Part shown: one piece after another, positions 27,901 through 42,100 of the stretch | Layout: every line of letters starts with the position of its first letter | Numbering within the stretch: the stretch's first letter is position 1 | Source of the DNA: Eledone cirrhosa | Lineage: Eukaryota | NCBI GenBank assembly: GCA_964016885.1 | Contig: OZ024742.1 | Location: forward strand, 128,216,001-128,280,000 | Length of the DNA stretch: 64,000 nucleotides | Direction: 5' to 3' | Translations under genes and position numbers: made by a program | Notes under the pieces: generated by a model | The model's input: the letters and a program-made list of their open reading frames with translations, nothing else | Databases searched by the model: none | What the model was told of the DNA's origin: nothing

Positions 27901-30698
27901 ATAGTGGTGTAGGATATAACAGTTTCTATAGAGTTCTGATAGTGGTGAAAGATATAACAGTTTCTATAGTGTTCTAATAGTGGTGTAGGATATAACAGTT
28001 TCTATAGTGTTCTGATAGTAGTGTAGGATACAACAGTTTCTATAGTGTTGTATATCTGGTAGTGGTGTAGGATATAACAGTTTCTATAGAGTTCTATATC
28101 TGATAGTGGTGTAGGATATAACAGTTTCTATAGTGTTCTATATCTGATAGTGGTGTAGGATATAACAGTTTATATAGTGTTCTATATCATATAGTGGTGT
28201 AGGATATAACAGCTTCTATAGTGTTCTATATCTGATAGTGGTGTAGGATATAACAGTTTTGTAGTGTTCTGATAGTAGTGTAGGATATAACAGTTTCTAT
28301 AGTGTTCTGATAGTGGTGTAGGATATAACTGTTTCTATAGTGTTCTATATCTAATAGTGGTGTAGGATATACTAGTTTCTGTAGTGTTCTGATAGTAGTG
28401 TAGGATATAACAGTTTCTGTAGTGTTCTATATCTGAGAGTGGTGTAGGATATAACAGTTTCTCTAGTGTTCTATATCTGATAGCAGTGTCAGATATAACA
28501 ATTTCTATAGTGTTCTATATCTGAGAGTGGTGTAGGATATAACAGTTTCTATAGTGTTCTATATCAAATAGTGGTGTAGGATATAACAGTTTCTCTAGTG
28601 TTCTATATCTGATAGCAGTGTCGGATATAACAGTTTCTATACTGTTCTGATAGTGGTGTAGGATATAACAGTTTCTATTATGTTCTATATCTTATAGTCG
28701 TGTATGATATAACAGTTTCTATAGTGTTCTGATAGTAGTGTAGGATATAACAGTTTCTATACTGTTTTGATAGTAGTGTCGGATATAACAGTTTCTATAG
28801 TGTTCTATAACTGATAGTGGTGAAAGATATAACAGTTTCTATAGTGTTCTACATCTGATAGTAGTGAAGGATATAACTGTTTCTATACTGTTATATATCT
28901 GATAGTAGTGTATGATATAACAGTTTCTATAGTGTTCTGATAGTGGTGTAAGATATAACAGTTTCTACAGTGTTCTATATCTGATAGTAGTGTAGCGTAT
29001 AACATGTTCTAAAGTGTTCTGATAGTGGTGTAGGATATAACAGTTTCTATAGTGTTCTATATCTGATAGTAGTGTAGGATATAACAGTTTCTATAGTGTT
29101 CTGATAGTAGTGTAGGATATAACAGTTTCTGTAGTGTTCTATATCTGATAGTAGTGTAGGATATAACAGTTTCTGTAGTGTTCTGATAGTAGTGTAAGCT
29201 TAACAATTTCTATAGTGTTCTATATCTGATAGTGGTGTAGGATATAACAGTTTCTATAGTGTTCTATATCAAATAGTGGTGTAGTGTATAACAGTTTCTA
29301 TAGTGTTCTATATCAAATAGTGGTGTAGGTATGACAGTTTCTATAGTGTTCTATATCTGATAGTGGTGTAGGATATAACAGTTTCTATAGTGTTCTATAT
29401 CAAATAGTGGTGTAGGGTATGACAGTTTCTGTAGTGTTCTATATCTGAGAGTGGTGTAGGATATAACAGTTTCTCTAGTGTTCTATATCTGATAGCAGTC
29501 TCGGATATAACAGTTTCTATAGTGTTCTATATCTTATAGTAGTGTAGGAAATAACAGTTTCTATAGTGTTCTGATAGTGGTGTAGGATATAACAGTTTCT
29601 ATAGTGTTCTATATCTTATAGTGGTGTATGATATAACAGTTTCTATAGTGTTTTGATAGTAGTGTCGGATATAACAGTTTCTATAGTGTTCTATAACTGA
29701 TAGTGGTGAAAGATATAACAGTTTCTATAGTGTTCTGATAGTGATATAAGATATAACATTTTCTATAGTGTTCTATATCTGATAGTAGTGAAGGATATAA
29801 CTGTTTCTATAGTGTTATATATCTGATAGTAGTGTATGATATAACAGTTTCTATAGTGTTCTGATAGTGGTGTAAGATATAACAGTTTCTACAGTGTTCT
29901 ATATCTGATAGTAGTGTAGCGTATAACAGGTTCTAAAGTGTTCTGATAGTGGTCTAGGATATAACAGTTTCTATAGTGTTCTATAACTGATAGTGGTGTA
30001 AGATATAACAGTTTCTGTAGTGTTCTATATCTCATAGTAGTGTAAGATATAACAGTTTCTGTAGTGTTCTATATCTGAGAGTGGTGTAGGATATAACAGT
30101 TTCTATAGTGTTCTATATCTGATAGTGGTGTAAGATATAACAGTTTCTATAGTGTTCTATATCTGATACTGGTGTAGGATATAACAGTTTCTACAGTGTT
30201 CTATATCTGATAGCAGTGTAGGATATAACAGTTTCTATAGTGTTCTATATCTGATAGTGGTGTAGGATATAACAGTTTCTATAGTGTTCTATATCTGATA
30301 GTGGTGTAAGATATAACAGTTCCTACAGTGTTCTATATCTGATAGTAGTGTAGGATATAACAGTTTCTATAGTGTTATATATCTGATAGTAGTGTAGGAT
30401 ATAACAGTTTCTATAGTGTTTTATATCTAATAGTAGTGTAGGATATAACAGTTTCTACAGTGTTCTATATCTGATAGTAGTGTAGGATATAACAGTTTCT
30501 ATAGTGTTCTATATCTGATAGTGGTGTAAGATATAACAGTTTCTACAGTGTTCTATATCTGGTAGCAGTGTAGGATATAACAGTTTCTATAGTGTTCTGA
30601 TAGTAGTGTAGGATATAACAGTTTCTATAGTGTTCTATATATGATAGTAGTGTAGGATATAACAGTTTCTGTAGTGTTCTATACCTGATAGTGGTGTG
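15938..30698. repeat. Intronic minisatellite/satellite, 44-bp and 38-bp monomers with higher-order repeats
   Basis: Consensus aacagtttctatagtgttct(atatct)gatagtggtgtaggatat; the 6-bp atatct is optional. Diagnostic variants recur at kb-scale periods. Confidence 0.97.
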
Positions 30699-30720
30699 TG
30701 ATATATTTAACAAACTTCAC

Positions 30721-30878
30721 CTGAATATGGATTATAGAACGAAATGTCCACCACATTAGAAGCGGCCTTGGTATTTGTGACGTTCAATGGAAACACATCA
30801 GTTGCCCCTATGAATTCGGATATTTGTACTATAACACCTTGACATTTGCTATTATCTTCACACGGCCAGTCAAAATAG
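30721..30878 (-). CDS. Exon of PKD1/REJ-like gene (GAIN subdomain B)
   Basis: Long polypyrimidine tract then cag|CTAT...TCAG|gtgaag, 158 nt, phase 2 to 1. Translates (S)YFDWPCEDNSKCQGVIVQISEFIGATDVFPLNVTNTKAASNVVDISFYNPYS(G). The SNVVDISF segment resembles the GAIN 'S.V.s.s' strand. Confidence 0.88.
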
Positions 30879-31214
30879 CTGAAAAAAAGGAAAAAAAACA
30901 AACAGGTTTTAATAAACTTGGAGCTGTACATAAGCTGTGCTGTGAGGATCCACCCAACCCATGCAAGCATGGCAAATGGACATAAAATGATGGTGATGAT
31001 TAATGTATATATGTATGTGTGTGTCTGTGTGTCTGTGCTGAAGATGACTCATCCAACACATGGAAGCACAAAAAAAAATGGACATAAAATGATGAGGATG
31101 ATGATGATGACAATGATTGATAAGCTCCTGTTAAGCTGAGGCAGTGAGTTTATAATAATTTTAAGATTGAACTAATTTATCACAACTACAGATGTTAGTG
31201 GGAAACATGAGAAG

Positions 31215-31652
31215 TAGAAGGTTGCATGACAGTGAGACATGGGCGATAAATGCAGATGATATAAGGGGAGTGGATAGAAATGAAGTGAGCATGCTCTGTT
31301 GGATGTGTAATGTTAGCGTGCATGAACAACAAGGCATGAATGAACTGAGAGAAAAGTTGGGTATAAGAGGAATGAGATGTAGTGTGCAAGAGAGATGACT
31401 GATAATATGGATATATGATGCATATGGATAAAGATGGTGAAGAAGTACCAAGAAATCCCAGTGGAAGGAAACTGCAATAGTGGAAGACTAGGGAAATTTG
31501 GAAAGAGGTGTTTAGTGCTAATTTTAATTTACTGAATCTCTCAGAGGAGATGACTCAAGAATGCTATGAATAGAAGGAGGCTGTGCTGAAAATGATGTAT
31601 CCAGCCCATTGTGACATGGAAAATCAGATGTAAAACAATGATGATGATTATG
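31215..31652 (+). mobile_element. Degraded RTE 3' fragment
   Basis: LHDSETWAINADDIRGVDRNEVSMLCWMCNVSV..LREKLGIRG, ending in a (GAT)n tail. Confidence 0.8.
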
Positions 31653-32689
31653 TTTCCCATTCTAGGATCAAATTATTAAGAATAACAATTTTTACTCCAA
31701 TTTAATTTCTGTATAGTTCAAAGTTGAGAGGAAAACATTGTTATCCATTGCTTTCAGTTGATTTATCACAAAGCTGCCACTGAAGGCCATGTCTTTCATT
31801 TAATGAACTTTAAGTAAACCAAGAATTAAAGTTTGGTACTGCCCCTCATTCAACAATATTATAAACTATTCAATATTATAACTATTCTCTCTGTCTGTTT
31901 CTTTCTCTCTCCCTCTGCCAGAATCTCTTCCCTCAATGTTTCAGACTTTCTTCTTCTCCTACCTTGAATAGTTTGTAATAATTTATTACAGTTATCCTGC
32001 AAATGCCATTATTGTTTAGCACTAGGTCTGTCCTAATTGAACAGATTTATATTTTAATTAAGGTATAGTGAAGGCACATGTCTTAATGGTTAGAGCATTG
32101 AGCTTGCAATCAAAAGGTTGTGAGTTCAATTCTCAGACCGGGTGATGAGTTGTTTCCTTGAGCAAGACACTTTATTTCATGTTGCTCCAGTTTACTCAGC
32201 TGTAGAAATGAGATGATAGGACTGGGGTCCCTATAATTAAATCACCCAAGACACTTCCAATGAGATTTTCCTTGGAGGAGGCCAGCTAAACCTGCATAGG
32301 TGTGAGCTGTCACACAAAAAAAAAAGAAGTGTATCCAATCCAGGGTTTTCTCACTCCTGTTGGAGGAACCCTTTCCTGGTTGACCTCCACCACTTTCTAT
32401 TTGGCTTTGATCATTTCAGGGGTGTAGCTGTACTCACCATGCTTGGCCAATTGCCAGTTGGTGAGGCTATATAATCCATAGTTGGGTGGATGGCTGTTGA
32501 CTCTGAGGAGTTCATCCACCCTTTTTACAGCTCTAGTTTTTTTGTGTTACCCTCCTCATCAAACCAGAGACTGGTGGGGGAACTGGACCACTCAACTATG
32601 AAGCAGGTTGTACTGGGTTACATGCTACCCATAGAAGCCATAAGCTTGATCTGACATTTAGTGCATCCAGGCCTCTATTAATAATTATC

Positions 32690-34796
32690 CTAAAAGGATG
32701 TAAAACACAGAATTGGGGATCTTTTACAGACAACTTCAGAGACTGATGAAAGGTACCTCATCATTCTGGCAGGTGGCTTCAATGGCCATGTGGGGCAGTA
32801 CCAGGACAGATTTTGTGAAGTTCACAGTGGCTAAAGTTATGGCTTAAGAAATGAAGAGGGACTGAGACTCCTGGAATTCTGTAATGCAAATGAACTAACC
32901 ATTTGCAACACAAATTTCAGGAAACCAGCCAGCCACCTAATTTCATATCAATCAGGTGAACACATGAGCCAAATTGATTACTTACTTGTAAGACAATGAG
33001 CTAAATGGACTGTAATAAACACTAAGGTTTTCCCTGTGGAAGAATACACCACACCACACAAGTCAGTTATTAGTAATATCAAAATAAACACAAGACAGAA
33101 CAAGATACACAGGAAAATATGATGATGGAGGGATTGGAAGCTGAAGGACCTTTCAGTTAAATATAGGTTTAGAAAGGCCAGTAGAAGGATGGGTGCAGTA
33201 GAAGAGAGGGGTGATGAGCTAGATACATATAATGTAGGACAACTGGAAATTCTTACGCGACAACCTTTTGCAAACTACTGGTGAGACTTGCGGATGGAGT
33301 AAAGTGCCAGCCAGACAGAGAATGACCTGTTGGTGGAACAGCACAGTGGATAGAGCGATAAAATCCAAGAGACAGGCAAGGAAAGACTGGAAAAATGGGG
33401 TTAGCAGAGTCCAGTGTCAGGTAGCTAAGAAAGAAGTTAGGTGACAGGTATACACAGTTCGGAGAGAGGCTGAAGAAAGTAAATTTGCCAACGTCTTAAG
33501 ACTTTAGGACCAAAGACATGAAGTGTTCCACATTGCAAGGTAATGTGTTAGTGTAAATTGAGATGTTGTTGGGAAAAAATGTGTTAGAAATGACGCTGGT
33601 ACACTTAGTATTACCGATGCTCAAAAGAAAGAGGCCTGGAAATGTTACTAGGAGAGAGTGATGAATGTAAAGAATAAATGTGAGGAAGAGAGACTACCCC
33701 CAACTCACCAAACAGAAGGACCAGCTATTGAAGTTGACAGTTATAGGGTTAAAGATGCAATCAATGGGATGAAGAAGGGTAAAAAGAAGTTCCTAGCCAA
33801 GAATAAACCACTATATTTAGCCTTTTTTGATCTAGAAAAGGCCTTTGACAGAGTACCTCGATCTATTATCTGGTGGTCATTAAGTAAATTATGTATAGAA
33901 GAATGGCTTGTGAGAGCAGTGCAAGCCATGTACAGAGGAGCTGTCAATAAAGTGAGAGTAGGAAGTGAGTTCAGTGAATAATTCAAAGTACAAGCAGGAT
34001 TTCATCAAGGTCCGGTTCTCGGCCTTCTGCTGATCCTCATAGTCCTCTAGGCCATACTAGAGGAGTTTAAGACCAGCTCTCCATGGGAACTTCTCTATAC
34101 AGATGATCTGGTCATAACAGGAAAGGAAAACAGGAATAATAAAAGGGAAGAGCGGCAGTGATAAAAACCTATTCAAGTCACAGGAAGGATCTATAGAAGT
34201 GGTTGATAGTTTCTGCTATTTAGCAACAGAGGAGGGTGCTCTGAGAGCATAATAACTAGAATAAAGATATGATGGAAGAATTTTAGAGAGCTATTCCCAC
34301 TGTTGACAACAAAAGGTTTCTCCCTACATACAAAAGGATGGCTGTATGATGCCTAAATGTGATGGTAGTGAAACATGAGCAGTGACCACAGAAGACATGC
34401 ATAGACTGGAGAGAAATGAAGCAACCATGTTTCATTGCATGTGCAATGTAAATATGAGAGAAAGGCAGAGCTTGGATGGACTGAGGGAGAAGCTGGGTTT
34501 AAGAGGAATCCAAGGTGGTGCACAAGAGAGAAGACTGAGCTGGTACGAACATGTAATGTGCATGGATGATGATTAATGGGTGAAGAAGTGCCAGGAAATG
34601 CCAGTGGAAGGAAGTCACAGTAGAGGTTGACTGAGAAAGACTTGGGCAGAGGTAGTGAGAGCTGACCTAATATCGCAGAGACTCAATGAGGAGATGACGA
34701 AGAAATGCAGCAAGTGGAGAAATGCTGTGCTGAGAAGGAGCCGTCCAACCCATGCAAGCATGGAAAAAAGGACATAAAAACAATGATGATGATGTT
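32690..34796 (+). mobile_element. Degraded RTE LINE (APE remnant, RT, 3' end)
   Basis: Remnants of GxFNGHVG, RNEEGLRLLEF, LYLAFFDLEKAFDRVPR, HQGPVL, LLYTDD and RRLSWYEHV, with many stops and a (GAT)n tail. Confidence 0.9.
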
Positions 34797-36125
34797 GCAT
34801 ATCTCCACTTTCCTTAAAATGTTAATGAAGCAAGAAATCAATAATTTCTTTCTCATTTAAATAAAATTCAATTGAATTAGAAATATTGAAATCGAAACAC
34901 AGATTTGCCTCAATGATCATAGCATTAGAAAATCTGATAAAATACCCTTACAGGCAGAAAATATGTGTCAGTAGCCACTACAGAAAATTGAACTCTGTAT
35001 CTCTTGAATTCTGGCCAACTGTGTTAACCTTTACACCAACTGGAAGCTGACAACAGTTTCAGTCCAAATTAGGAACTATATCAGGTCATGATGTAAGACA
35101 TATGACGACATCTTCAGGTGTAATTCACATCACAGATTTAAAGGTTAAGTAATCAATTACTGGATTACAGCAAAATATAAACAAAAGAGGCAGCACTATG
35201 AATGTATGTAAGCTGGTGTGCGTTATATCATGGACCAACCACCTAGCTGTCTTCTGAGTTATCTATTAGGATGCCATGATTTGATTCTCTACCTGGAGTA
35301 CTTGAAATAGATTGAACATAATGCTCAAGAAATTTTCCCCAATTTTTCATATAATGAATTAACTCAGTCACACAAACCTTTTCTTGGATCTTGGGGACTA
35401 GAGAAATGTAAGGTCAGTCGAGCTCATGATTAGGCCACGCCATTGAATTTTTTCTCCATAAACGTAAACTTAATATAAACCCATAAATGTATATGCGAAT
35501 AGGTTTTAACCTATTACTTTTAAATTAATTGTTTACTTTTTAACTGACAACCTACATTATAATTATAACTATTCACTTTTTATAACTCTTTATAAATTTT
35601 TTACTTTTTGTTGATTTATTTACCTGTTATTATTATCTTTCATCCTTACGGGGTTGATACAATAAAGTACCAGTAATGCACTGGGATAATTGCCGGCCTT
35701 GTGCCAAAAGTAGAAATAATTATTATAATTCTAATTATTTACCACTAGTTCCCTCATTTTTATAATGTTTGTAAACTCTATAGTTTTTATAACACTTTAC
35801 ACTACTAATTTTGGTAATATTTAAAAGATTCACCATCACACTATGCTGGTTTTCGGCCAGAGACTAGCACAGCCATCACAGACTACATGGGGCTACCAGA
35901 CCTTGTAAAATGCATAAAACAATTGGTTCTGCATGGCTTTAAACTGGCTGGAATATGTCACGGTCAGCATCGTCCCCTCATGGGTGCCTATGAACCCACA
36001 ATCTATAGCATTGTTAAGTGTGTAGCATATGGAGGCCACATGTCACTGGTTGCACTGACCTATGGATCGCCTCAGTATCAATTCTTTGTTTATATTTTGC
36101 CATAAACCAGTAATTGATTTCTTGA

Positions 36126-39100
36126 CCCTTTAACATTTACATTACTCTATGTATACTATTGCATCTTTATCTTACATAATATCTCACATAATATCTCACA
36201 TAATATCTCACATAATATCTCACATAATGTCTCACATAATGTCTCACATAGTGTCTCACATAATGTCTCACATAGTGTCTCACATAATGTCTCACATAAT
36301 GTCTCACATAATGTCTCACATAATATCTCACATAATATCTCACATAATGTCTCACATAATATCTCACATAATGTCTCACAATATCTCACATAATGCCTCA
36401 CATAATGTCTCACATAATATCTCACATAATGTCTCACATAATGTCTCACATAATGTCTCACATAATGTCTCACATAATGTCTCACATAATATCTCACATA
36501 ATGTCTCACATAATGTCTCACATAATGCCTCACATAATGTCTCACATAATATCTCACATAATGTCTCACATAATGTCTCACATAATGTCTCACATAATGT
36601 CTCACATAATGTCTCACATAATGTCTCACATAATATCTCACATAATGTCTCACATAATGTCTCACATAATGTCTCACATAATGTCTCACATAATGTCTCA
36701 CATAATGTCTCACATAATGTCTCACATAATATCTCACATAATGTCTCACATAATGTCTCACATAATATCTCACATAATGTCTCACATAATGTCTCACATA
36801 ATGTCTCACATAATATCTCACACAATGTCTCACATAATATCTCACATAATGTCTCACATAATGTCTCACATAATGTCTCACATAATATCTCACATAATAT
36901 CTCACATAATGTCTCACATAATGTCTCACATAATATCTCACATAATGTCTCACATAATATCTCACATAATGTCTCACATAATGTCTCACATAATGTTTCA
37001 CATAATGTCTCACATAATGTCTCACATAATGTCTCACATAATGTCTCACATAATGTCTCACATAATATCTCACATAATGTCTCACATAATGTCTCACATA
37101 ATATCTCACATAATGTCTCACATAATATCTCACATAATGTCTCACATAATATCTCACATAATGTCTCACATAATATCTCACATAATGTCTTACATAATGT
37201 CTCACATAATATCTCACATAATGTCTCACATAATGTCTCACATAATATCTCACATAATGTCTCACATAATATCTCCCATAATGTCTCACATAATGTTTCA
37301 CATAATGTCTCACATAATGTCTCACATAATGTCTCACACAATATCTCACATAATATCTCACATAATGTCTCACATAATGTCTCACATAATATCTCACATA
37401 ATGTCTCACATAATGTCTCACATAATGTCTCACATAATATCTCACACAATGTCTCACATAATATCTCACATAATGTCTCACATAATGTCTCACATAATGT
37501 CTCACATAATGTCTCACATAATATCACACATAATGTCTCACATAATGTCTCACATAATGTCTCACATAATGTCTCACATAATATCTCACATAATGTCTCA
37601 CATAATGTCTCACATAATGTTTCACATAATGTCTCACATAATGTCTCACATAATGTCTCACATAATGTCTCACATAATGTCTCACATAATATCTCACATA
37701 ATGTCTCACATAATGTCTCACATAATATCTCACATAATGTCTCACATAATATCTCACATAATGTCTCACATAATATCTCACATAATGTCTCACATAATAT
37801 CTCACATAATGTCTTACATAATGTCTCACATAATATCTCACATAATGTCTCACATAATGTCTCACATAATATCTCACATAATGTCTCACATCATATCTCC
37901 CATAATGTCTCACATAATGTTTCACATAATGTCTCACATAATGTCTCACATAATGTCTCACATAATGTCTCACATAATATCTCACATAATGTCTCACATA
38001 ATATCTCACATAATATCTCACATAATGTCTCACATAATATCTCACATAATGTCTCACATAATGTCTCACATAATGTCTCACATAATGTCTCATATAATAT
38101 CTCACATAATGTTTCACATAATGTCTCACATAATGTCTCACATAATGTCTCACATAATGTCTCACATAATGTCTCACATAATGTCTCACATAATATCTCA
38201 CATAATATCTCACATAATGTCTCACATAATATCTCACATAATGTCTCACATAATGTCTCACATAATGTCTCACATAATGTCTCACATAATGTCTCACATA
38301 ATATCTCACATAATGTCTCACATAATGTCTCACATAGTGTCTCACATAATGTCTCACATAATATCTCACATAATGTCTCACATAATGTCTCACATAATAT
38401 CTCACATAATGTCTCACATAATATCTCACATAATGTCTCACATAATATCTCACATAATATCTCACATAATGTCTCACATAATATCTCACATAATGTCTCA
38501 CATAATATCTCACATAATGTCTCACATAATATCTCACATAATGTCTCACATAATGTCTCACATAATATCTCACACAATGTCTCACATAATATGTCACATA
38601 ATGTCTCACATAATGTCTCACATAATGTCTCACATAATGTCTCACATAATGTCTCACATAATATCTCACATAATGTCTCACATAATGTCTCACATAATGT
38701 CTCACATAATATCTCACATAATGTCTCACATAATGTCTCACATAATGTCTCACATAATGTCTCACATAATGTCTTACATAATATCTCACATAATGTCTCA
38801 CATAATATCTCACATAATGTCTCACATAATATCTCACATAATGTCTCACATAATGTCTCACATAGTGTCTCACATAATGTCTCACATAATATCTCACATA
38901 ATGTCTCACATAATATCTCACATAATGTCTCACATAATATCTCACATAATATCTCACATAATGTCTCACATAATATCTCACATAATATCTCACATAATAT
39001 CTCACATAATATCTCACATAATGTCTCACATAATGTCTCACATAGTGTCTCACATAATGTCTCACATAGTGTCTCACATAATGTCTCACATAATGTCTCA

Positions 39101-42100
39101 CATAATGTCTCACATAATATCTCACATAATATCTCACATAATATCTCACATAATGTCTCACATAATATCTCACATAATGTCTCACAATATCTCACATAAT
39201 GCCTCACATAATGTCTCACATAATATCTCACATAATGTCTCACATAATGTCTCACATAATGTCTCACATAATGTCTCACATAATGTCTCACATAATATCT
39301 CACATAATGTCTCACATAATGTCTCACATAATGCCTCACATAATGTCTCACATAATATCTCACATAATGTCTCACATAATGTCTCACATAATGTCTCACA
39401 TAATGTCTCACATAATGTCTCACATAATGTCTCACATAATATCTCACATAATGTCTCACATAATGTCTCACATAATGTCTCACATAATGTCTCACATAAT
39501 GTCTCACATAATGTCTCACATAATGTCTCACATAATATCTCACATAATGTCTCACATAATGTCTCACATAATATCTCACATAATGTCTCACATAATGTCT
39601 CACATAATGTCTCACATAATATCTCACACAATGTCTCACATAATATCTCACATAATGTCTCACATAATGTCTCACATAATGTCTCACATAATATCTCACA
39701 TAATATCTCACATAATGTCTCACATAATGTCTCACATAATATCTCACATAATGTCTCACATAATATCTCACATAATGTCTCACATAATGTCTCACATAAT
39801 GTTTCACATAATGTCTCACATAATGTCTCACATAATGTCTCACATAATGTCTCACATAATGTCTCACATAATATCTCACATAATGTCTCACATAATATCT
39901 CACATAATGTCTCACATAATATCTCACATAATGTCTCACATAATATCTCACATAATGTCTCACATAATATCTCACATAATGTCTTACATAATGTCTCACA
40001 TAATATCTCACATAATGTCTCACATAATGTCTCACATAATATCTCACATAATGTCTCACATAATATCTCCCATAATGTCTCACATAATGTTTCACATAAT
40101 GTCTCACATAATGTCTCACATAATGTCTCACACAATATCTCACATAATATCTCACATAATGTCTCACATAATGTCTCACATAATATCTCACATAATGTCT
40201 CACATAATGTCTCACATAATGTCTCACATAATATCTCACACAATGTCTCACATAATATCTCACATAATGTCTCACATAATGTCTCACATAATGTCTCACA
40301 TAATGTCTCACATAATATCTCACATAATGTCTCACATAATGTCTCACATAATGTCTCACATAATGTCTCACATAATATCTCACATAATGTCTCACATAAT
40401 GTCTCACATAATGTTTCACATAATGTCTCACATAATGTCTCACATAATGTCTCACATAATGTCTCACATAATGTCTCACATAATATCTCACATAATGTCT
40501 CACATAATGTCTCACATAATATCTCACATAATGTCTCACATAATATCTCACATAATGTCTCACATAATATCTCACATAATGTCTCACATAATATCTCACA
40601 TAATGTCTTACATAATGTCTCACATAATATCTCACATAATGTCTCACATAATGTCTCACATAATATCTCACATAATGTCTCACATCATATCTCCCATAAT
40701 GTCTCACATAATGTTTCACATAATGTCTCACATAATGTCTCACATAATGTCTCACATAATGTCTCACATAATATCTCACATAATGTCTCACATAATATCT
40801 CACATAATGTCTCACATAATGTCTCACATAATATCTCACATAATGTCTCACATAATGTCTCACATAATGTCTCACATAATGTCTCATATAATATCTCACA
40901 TAATGTCTCACATAATGTTTCACATAATGTCTCACATAATGTCTCACATAATGTCTCACATAATGTCTCACATAATGTCTCACATAATATCTCACATAAT
41001 ATCTCACATAATGTCTCACATAATATCTCACATAATGTCTCACATAATGTCTCACATAATGTCTCACATAATGTCTCACATAATGTCTCACATAATATCT
41101 CACATAATGTCTCACATAATGTCTCACATAGTGTCTCACATAATGTCTCACATAATATCTCACATAATGTCTCACATAATGTCTCACATAATATCTCACA
41201 TAATGTCTCACATAATATCTCACATAATGTCTCACATAATATCTCACATAATATCTCACATAATGTCTCACATAATATCTCACATAATGTCTCACATAAT
41301 ATCTCACATAATGTCTCACATAATATCTCACATAATGTCTCACATAATGTCTCACATAATATCTCACACAATGTCTCACATAATATGTCACATAATGTCT
41401 CACATAATGTCTCACATAATGTCTCACATAATGTCTCACATAATGTCTCACATAATATCTCACATAATGTCTCACATAATGTCTCACATAATGTCTCACA
41501 TAATGTCTCACATAATGTCTCACATAATGTCTTACATAATATCTCACATAATGTCTCACATAATATCTCACATAATGTCTCACATAATATCTCACATAAT
41601 GTCTCACATAATGTCTCACATAGTGTCTCACATAATGTCTCACATAATATCTCACATAATGTCTCACATAATATCTCACATAATGTCTCACATAATATCT
41701 CACATAATATCTCACATAATGTCTCACATAATATCTCACATAATATCTCACATAATGTCTCACATAATGTCTCACATAATGTCTCACATAATGTCTCACA
41801 TAATGTCTCACATAATGTCTCACATAATGTCTCACATAATGTCTCACATAATGTCTCACATAATATCTCACATAATGTCTCACATAATGTCTCACATAAT
41901 GTCTCACATAATATCTCACATAATATCTCACATAATGTCTCACATAATGTCTCACATAATGTCTCACATAGTGTCTCACATAATGTCTCACATAATATCT
42001 CACATAATGTCTCACATAATGTCTCACATAGTGTCTCACATAATGTCTCACATAATATCTCACATAATGTCTCACATAATGTCTCACATAATGTCTCACA

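Noticed and set aside
15938-30698. CRISPR-like appearance of the 38-44-bp repeats (and the 77-bp array)
   Set aside because: No unique spacers, no cas genes, eukaryotic context.
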